Source of the DNA: a virus
Strand: one strand, 5' to 3'
IMG/VR virus record: IMGVR_UViG_3300047496_000213
Span: 1-64,000 of that record
DNA: 64,000 nt
Within the stretch, counting starts at the first letter, position 1. Every line of letters begins with the position of its first letter. Positions 58,413 to 64,000 of this stretch are shown piece by piece. A program made the position numbers and the translations under genes. The notes under the pieces are model-generated. The model saw only the letters and a list, made by a program, of their open reading frames with translations, had not been told where the DNA came from and did not search any database.

Positions 58413-60251
58413 ATGACAAAAATTGCAATTCTACAACTTAATCCCATTGTGGGAGACCTTGCCGCGAACAAGGAGATGATTCTTGCATCTTATATTGAAG
58501 CAGCCAATTCCGGAGCCGATCTAGCAATTGCACCTGAATGTGTGCTGACCGGCTATCCAATTGAAGACCTAGTTCTTCGGTATTCGTTTATTACAGCGGC
58601 CCAAAAATTTTCTGATGAATTGTGCCAAGATGTTCTTGATAGTGGCTATTCAACTACTTTGATTTTCGGAACACCTCTTACGAGCGGAGATATCCGTAAT
58701 CGGTTCAATGCAGCAATTCTCATCGATCCACTTTCCAAGTCTTCGCCGGTCGATCCTCTGAATTTCTATCAAAGACAAACCGTCTACAAATATGAATTGC
58801 CGAACTATGGTGTATTCGATGAAAAGCGGGTCTTTCAACCCGGTCCACATTCACCATATACTGTTAGTTGGCGTGGGTATGTACTTGGTCTGATGATCTG
58901 TGAAGATTGTTGGTTTCCGGCTGTCACTCGTGAACTGTATGATCAGGGCGCCACAATACTGATCGCTATTAACGGTTCTCCTTTCGAATCTGGGAAGAAT
59001 CTTACTCGTCAAACGGTTGTAGCTGACCGTATCAAAGAAACCGGCTTACCCTTCGTATACGTCAATTTGGTTGGCGGACAAGATGAACTGGTTTTTGATG
59101 GTGGTTCTTTTGTGTATGATGGAAAACGGATCAATCAATTTCCATTCTTTGAAGAAGGAAATTTCTATTTTGATATCGAATTAGTTAAAGACACTCGCCG
59201 TTCGGACGGCGAACGCCTAATATTTCGTGATGATGGAATTTCGGTGGGTTGGATTAATCCTCCCATTCCTTTAGTCACGCTGGACAACTATATCTTTAGC
59301 GAACCATCTGGAATTGGCTCTATCTATAGAGCAACTGTTCTTGGAACACGAGATTACATGAGAAAGCAAGGCTTCAAGTCTGCTGTTATTGGTATGAGTG
59401 GTGGTATAGATAGTGCTATTGTGGCGGGGATTGCTTGTGATGCCATCGGGCCGGAAAACGTCCACCTTGTCCGATTGCCATCGAAATATTCCTCTCAACA
59501 TTCTTTAGATGACGCCTCAACGGCCACTGACAGGCTTGGCGCGTTGATGCGGACCATCACTATAGAACCGGTCGTAGATGCCCTCAGAGAGGCTTATGCG
59601 AACTCCTCAGACCATGGTTATTATCCGGAGTTCAATACCTATGATGGGGGCAATATCCCTACCAAAATTCGTAAATTGGCTGGCATTGCCGATGAAAACA
59701 TTCAAGCGCGTGCTCGTGGAACTATTTTAATGGCTATCTCAAATCAAGAGGGCCATTTGCTTTTAACTACGGGCAATCGTTCTGAAGTGTCGGTTGGATA
59801 TTCCACCCTTTATGGAGATATGAGTGGGGGTTTCAATCCAATTAAGGATTGCTATAAAACTACGGTTTGGGACCTTTGCCGCTGGCGCAATAATCTGACC
59901 ACATTGGAATTGCATGATTATAATTTTCTTGGCCATGCAGTTGATGTGGTTCCCGAAAGTATTATAGTAAAACCTCCATCGGCTGAACTTCGTCCTGATC
60001 AAAAAGACGAAGATAGTCTTCCTGCTTATCCGATTTTGGATGCTATTCTTAGTGGTATTCTTGACCAAGAACTTAGTTCGAAAGAAATTTCAGCAAATCT
60101 CAATTTAGACATCAATACAGTACAAAGGATTCGCAATTTGGTCGATCAAGCAGAATATAAGCGGAGACAAGCTGCGCCTGGAATCAAAATCAGTGGGAAG
60201 TTGTTTGGTCGTGAGCGTCGGTATCCTATTGTTAATAAATGGCGAGATTGA
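58413..60251 (+). CDS. nadE: Glutamine-dependent NAD+ synthetase
   Basis: Nitrilase triad (APE, YKYELPNY, ICEDCW); SGGIDS, ENIQARARG, TGNRSE, PSAELRPDQKDED. Confidence 0.95.
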   Translation: MTKIAILQLNPIVGDLAANKEMILASYIEAANSGADLAIAPECVLTGYPIEDLVLRYSFITAAQKFSDELCQDVLDSGYSTTLIFGTPLTSGDIRNRFNAAILIDPLSKSSPVDPLNFYQRQTVYKYELPNYGVFDEKRVFQPGPHSPYTVSWRGYVLGLMICEDCWFPAVTRELYDQGATILIAINGSPFESGKNLTRQTVVADRIKETGLPFVYVNLVGGQDELVFDGGSFVYDGKRINQFPFFEEGNFYFDIELVKDTRRSDGERLIFRDDGISVGWINPPIPLVTLDNYIFSEPSGIGSIYRATVLGTRDYMRKQGFKSAVIGMSGGIDSAIVAGIACDAIGPENVHLVRLPSKYSSQHSLDDASTATDRLGALMRTITIEPVVDALREAYANSSDHGYYPEFNTYDGGNIPTKIRKLAGIADENIQARARGTILMAISNQEGHLLLTTGNRSEVSVGYSTLYGDMSGGFNPIKDCYKTTVWDLCRWRNNLTTLELHDYNFLGHAVDVVPESIIVKPPSAELRPDQKDEDSLPAYPILDAILSGILDQELSSKEISANLNLDINTVQRIRNLVDQAEYKRRQAAPGIKISGKLFGRERRYPIVNKWRD

Positions 60252-60331
60252 AGAATGCGAACGTATTCGGTTGAATCAGGAGATGCCAGACCTTTGGTTT
60301 GTGTTTGAGGACTACAACGATTTTTTCATGT

Positions 60332-62167
60332 TTAAGATGATGTATTAGGGCTTGATGATTTATTTTCAATACGATCAATTATATGTTTACAGTATTTTGT
60401 AAAATAGCTTTTTTCAAAATTTTTCATAAATTCTATTAGTTTTGGTTTTAGTATTAAAATAGATTCTAATATCTTATCATTTGGAAAATCTCTAAAATAA
60501 GTGTCTATATAATTATAAAATTCTACGTCATCTATACTATTTATACACGCTTCAAATGATTCATTTGGATACAAAGAACATAAGTAACTTGAAAGAAAAT
60601 GACCGAATTGAATACGGAATTCCCTATCATTAACCTGAAACATCAACCATTTCGTTAGTTTTACTGCTCGTTCTGGTGTCATAATTTCTATTTGGACATG
60701 CCTGCCAAGAGACAAATATATGTTGACAAAATAATGAATATTGATATCGAATAGATAGACGGCAGCTTTCGGCATTTGCCTAATAAAGTAGTAAGAAAAC
60801 ACATCATATCTAGCTGGATTTAATCTTATTCCTTCAATAACTTCATCTTCTGTAAATTGAATATGTCGAATAGTATAACTATTAGGATAATTTTCTGAAG
60901 TACCGATGGCGTTTATAATTATTTTTCTAATTTCTGGAGTTGAACTAAAATCTAAATAAGGGGTAGCCTCAACTAAAGATGATATTTGCTCTGTTTTTGC
61001 ACTCTTAAATAATTGAGTTAGTTCTTCCTCATCTAATGGTATGCAAGATATAAAATTCCGATCATAATTTAAAATAATTGAAATATAGTTTTTCTTAAAA
61101 TAATCTTTAACATAATCTGGCATTTTCTCCCAATTCCAATTGTATACATCAGGAAACTTTTCCATTAATGCGAGTATTTCTTCTATTGTTAATTTTCCAG
61201 CATTAACAAATTTCATAAAAAAGTTAGGATTTTTCTCAACAAACGTAAAACTATTTGATGGTTTTGGGTTTATATTACGAATAGTCTCTAAAGGTTTAAT
61301 ACCTTTTATACTGAAAAATACTGCTTGAGTAGGCTCGTTAACATGAATTATGCCTTCATCGGCTCTATCTACGGCTCCCTCATATCCTAACATTCGAAAC
61401 AATTTTGCCCATTGAACGATATGATTGGTTTTCAATCCTTCAGACAAAATAGATTTTTTTGAAGTAAATCCTTCATAATACTCGTCTTCTTCGTCATTTG
61501 TATTTTCATAAGGATCGAAATGATTATCTACTGTGTTTTCTTGCGTATTGTTAATTATATTTTCCATGAAGAAAGCGGCGACGCGCGTAATATTCCAAAT
61601 CATTCCTCCATATGTTTGAACTAATGCGCGTTTAGAAATCTTTATAGGATCAAAAACCGGAATATTGTCAGCATATTTCAAGCCCATATTTTTCAGTATA
61701 TCAAAAATTTTAGCTATATCAGAAGTCATATCACTTCGAGAATAATTTTCTAAATCCAACATTCTTCCGGTTTCTTGAAAGACTTGAAGATACGGCTCGT
61801 CGCCAGAAAAAGGTACTTTACCATTATGCTCTAAAACATATTCAACTGGATAAGAATATATACCCAATGGGGTATTATCCCATGATGATTTAGGATTAAT
61901 ACCTAATTTCGCTCCTTTAGTATTTTTATCTTTAAAGCGAGATGGATCAATATATGTGTTCCCATATTGATGATTTTTCTGAAGATGTGTGTATTGGGCG
62001 TCTTCATGAGATTGTTTTCCTACATCTGTAGTATATGATACATATACATCTAAACGATTTTTATATTTTTGTAATTCTTCAAGGGCTGAACGTTTATAGT
62101 TAACGGAATTATTTCGTCTTAACTCCGTTAAGAATTTAGAACTTTCGAATAATTCAGACAAAAACAT
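60332..62167 (-). CDS. Large putative virion internal protein with ART-like N-terminal half and helical C-terminal half
   Basis: MFLSELFES; TPLGIYSYP; LGYEGAVD...GIIHVNEPTQAVFF; ATAAATA 4 nt upstream. Confidence 0.55.
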   Translation of the reverse strand: MFLSELFESSKFLTELRRNNSVNYKRSALEELQKYKNRLDVYVSYTTDVGKQSHEDAQYTHLQKNHQYGNTYIDPSRFKDKNTKGAKLGINPKSSWDNTPLGIYSYPVEYVLEHNGKVPFSGDEPYLQVFQETGRMLDLENYSRSDMTSDIAKIFDILKNMGLKYADNIPVFDPIKISKRALVQTYGGMIWNITRVAAFFMENIINNTQENTVDNHFDPYENTNDEEDEYYEGFTSKKSILSEGLKTNHIVQWAKLFRMLGYEGAVDRADEGIIHVNEPTQAVFFSIKGIKPLETIRNINPKPSNSFTFVEKNPNFFMKFVNAGKLTIEEILALMEKFPDVYNWNWEKMPDYVKDYFKKNYISIILNYDRNFISCIPLDEEELTQLFKSAKTEQISSLVEATPYLDFSSTPEIRKIIINAIGTSENYPNSYTIRHIQFTEDEVIEGIRLNPARYDVFSYYFIRQMPKAAVYLFDINIHYFVNIYLSLGRHVQIEIMTPERAVKLTKWLMFQVNDREFRIQFGHFLSSYLCSLYPNESFEACINSIDDVEFYNYIDTYFRDFPNDKILESILILKPKLIEFMKNFEKSYFTKYCKHIIDRIENKSSSPNTSS

Positions 62168-62233
62168 TATGTATTTATCTTGACTATATCATATAATTTG
62201 TTATCTTAATTTTAAGCTATTTGGTGATGGATT

Positions 62234-62467
62234 ATGACAAATGAAAAACTAAATGCTCTTGTGATGCATCTCATGAGTATCCTCGACTCTAATTCTAATA
62301 TAGGAATTACCGCACGAGCTACCCCAGAAGCAATAGAGCTATTGAAGGGAAGTGATAGTCCCTTTGCTGGTTATGTAATATCTTGTCTTGTTGAAAACGA
62401 TGAAGCTTCTCTTCATTATGATGATTGGGTTAAAAGAACAATTACTCGTTCTTTTAAGGAAGATTGA
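62234..62467 (+). CDS. Hypothetical early protein
   Basis: TTGACT promoter upstream. Confidence 0.55.
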   Translation: MTNEKLNALVMHLMSILDSNSNIGITARATPEAIELLKGSDSPFAGYVISCLVENDEASLHYDDWVKRTITRSFKED

Positions 62468-62472
62468 ATTTG

Positions 62473-64000
62473 TTACTTAAAATCTAAAACAAATTTTCGA
62501 CTTCCGCAGTCATAAATTCGATCATAACCTAATTGTTTCATGATTTCATGCCCTAGCATATTCTCTCCGTTTTCTACCAAATGTTGTATCTTATATTTTT
62601 GATATTTTTGACGGCTTTCTCTTTTTATTGCTTTATTTTGATTAAAATAGAAAAAACCAGCTTCAGATTTTTCAACTTCGGTAAAACCCATTTGTCTATA
62701 AAGATTACCTTTAGACCACCTTCTATCAGCATATGTAATTATTTTTTCTGGAGAATAATCTCTGATAAACTCTTTCATTATTTTGGACGCTAATCCAGCA
62801 TATGTTCTACCATCAGTAGAAAATCTATATATTTCAAATCCACTTTTATCATATCTTCCCTTTCCAAAAGTCATACTCCCAATCAAATTATTATTATGAA
62901 ATGCTCCATAATTAACAATTCCATATTGCCCCATTCCTTGAATATGAGTTTTTTCATAAAACCCTCGTGCCATATTTGACGGAATTTTGCGAATATCACA
63001 TTTACGCGCTCCAACACCTTTTTCTGATAATCCCAGTAAATGTTTTAGACGAGAGATAACGATTTCTTTTTTATAAAGCCATTCATCTTCAAATATAGTG
63101 ATAAGCTGATAACCAGCGTCTTCTACCATATTAATTTTATTATAGTGATAATTTTTATCTTTCTTTTGATCTGAATGCCAATAAAGTCCACAAAATTCTA
63201 TACCTATCTTTTTACTTTCTATTAAAATATCTATTTCTAATGGTTTTATTAACGTTCTATCAGACCCTTTATAATCAATTCCCCAAGTGTCAAGATACGC
63301 GCCGATTGCAGTTTCATATGATGATCTTGGTCGTTTTATGCCATACTTATCACAATATTTTCTAACAGTATCATATCCCATTTTCAAATCAATTGAGGCA
63401 TCTCTAATACTTGTTTTACACATATATTTTATGAATTCTTCTTTACTCTCTAAAAATTTACATAGTTCTAAAGAAAAATGTATTTGATTAAAATCTTTTC
63501 TTCCATATTTCCTAAAATTGGTATCAAGTATTTTTCTTTTTACTTCTGGATTTTTAGCAGGATTAGAATATCCAGTTTTTTCAAAATACTCTTTTGTCAT
63601 AGCTGCAAGTATCTCTGGATTTTCTAATGCTTTTTTTACACCATATTTCTCCAACAATGTTTCGGTAGCTTTATCTTGATACCTTTTAATTAAAAATGGA
63701 TTAGATATACCTGTTTGTTTTTCGAAGGCGGCCCGAGCTATATGCGTAGTATGTTCCACTCCGTATTTTTCTATATTAGTAGTTTTTATTTGTTCTTTAA
63801 TTTCTGGATCAGAAAGAGGGGAATAATATCCAGTTCTGTTAAACAACGTATTTTTGGCTTTCTCTTGAATTTCCTTAGACCCAAAAGGCGATTTTACGCC
63901 ATGATTTTTTAGATTCGTATTTTCTATTTTTTCTCTAATTTCAGGAATAGCCATAATATTTGATGCACCATATTTGGTGAGCAAAGTTTGTTCAGCCTTT
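62473..64000 (-). CDS. Hef-like homing endonuclease (KYG repeats plus PD-(D/E)xK domain); 5' end lies outside the window
   Basis: Repeated TN.EKYG units; LEIDI...IGIEFCGLYWHS; IFEDEW; TYADRRWSKG; DCG. Confidence 0.8.
   Translation of the reverse strand, partial: KAEQTLLTKYGASNIMAIPEIREKIENTNLKNHGVKSPFGSKEIQEKAKNTLFNRTGYYSPLSDPEIKEQIKTTNIEKYGVEHTTHIARAAFEKQTGISNPFLIKRYQDKATETLLEKYGVKKALENPEILAAMTKEYFEKTGYSNPAKNPEVKRKILDTNFRKYGRKDFNQIHFSLELCKFLESKEEFIKYMCKTSIRDASIDLKMGYDTVRKYCDKYGIKRPRSSYETAIGAYLDTWGIDYKGSDRTLIKPLEIDILIESKKIGIEFCGLYWHSDQKKDKNYHYNKINMVEDAGYQLITIFEDEWLYKKEIVISRLKHLLGLSEKGVGARKCDIRKIPSNMARGFYEKTHIQGMGQYGIVNYGAFHNNNLIGSMTFGKGRYDKSGFEIYRFSTDGRTYAGLASKIMKEFIRDYSPEKIITYADRRWSKGNLYRQMGFTEVEKSEAGFFYFNQNKAIKRESRQKYQKYKIQHLVENGENMLGHEIMKQLGYDRIYDCGSRKFVLDFK

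Noticed and set aside
53374-60251. Bacterial chromosomal segment or chimeric contig
   Set aside because: Host-like genes are interleaved with phage-type ORFs, a TATAAATA promoter and AT-rich codon usage, with no visible junction.

Overview
This window looks like part of an AT-rich T4-like jumbo myophage of the Rak2/GAP32/Atu_ph07 type. The evidence is the stand-alone DnaE-alpha fragment, GroES, RFC-type clamp loader, PhoH, thymidine kinase, a T4 gp30.3 homologue, TA(T)AAATA late promoters and many homing endonucleases. The host is probably an alphaproteobacterium, judged from a Ros/MucR homologue and alphaproteobacterial-style IleRS and PncB. Four features stand out. (1) A complete deamidating NAD+ salvage route is encoded (pncA, pncB, nadM-Nudix, glutamine-dependent nadE) next to a NADAR hydrolase. 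(2) About 14 scattered genes, most with a late promoter only 4-6 nt before the ATG, share an N-terminal M-[RK]-x(4-9)-[ILF]-x-E peptide resembling a capsid-targeting/prohead-protease signal. About 7 of them carry ADP-ribosyltransferase-like motifs; others carry kinase, GNAT or WGR domains. (3) A tandem family of small proteins ends in A-x-L-F-K-[ML]-F. (4) An unannotated 53-aa ORF resembles the HigA antitoxin N-terminal domain. No tRNA, rRNA or CRISPR array was seen. All family assignments come from motif recognition by eye, not from database searches.
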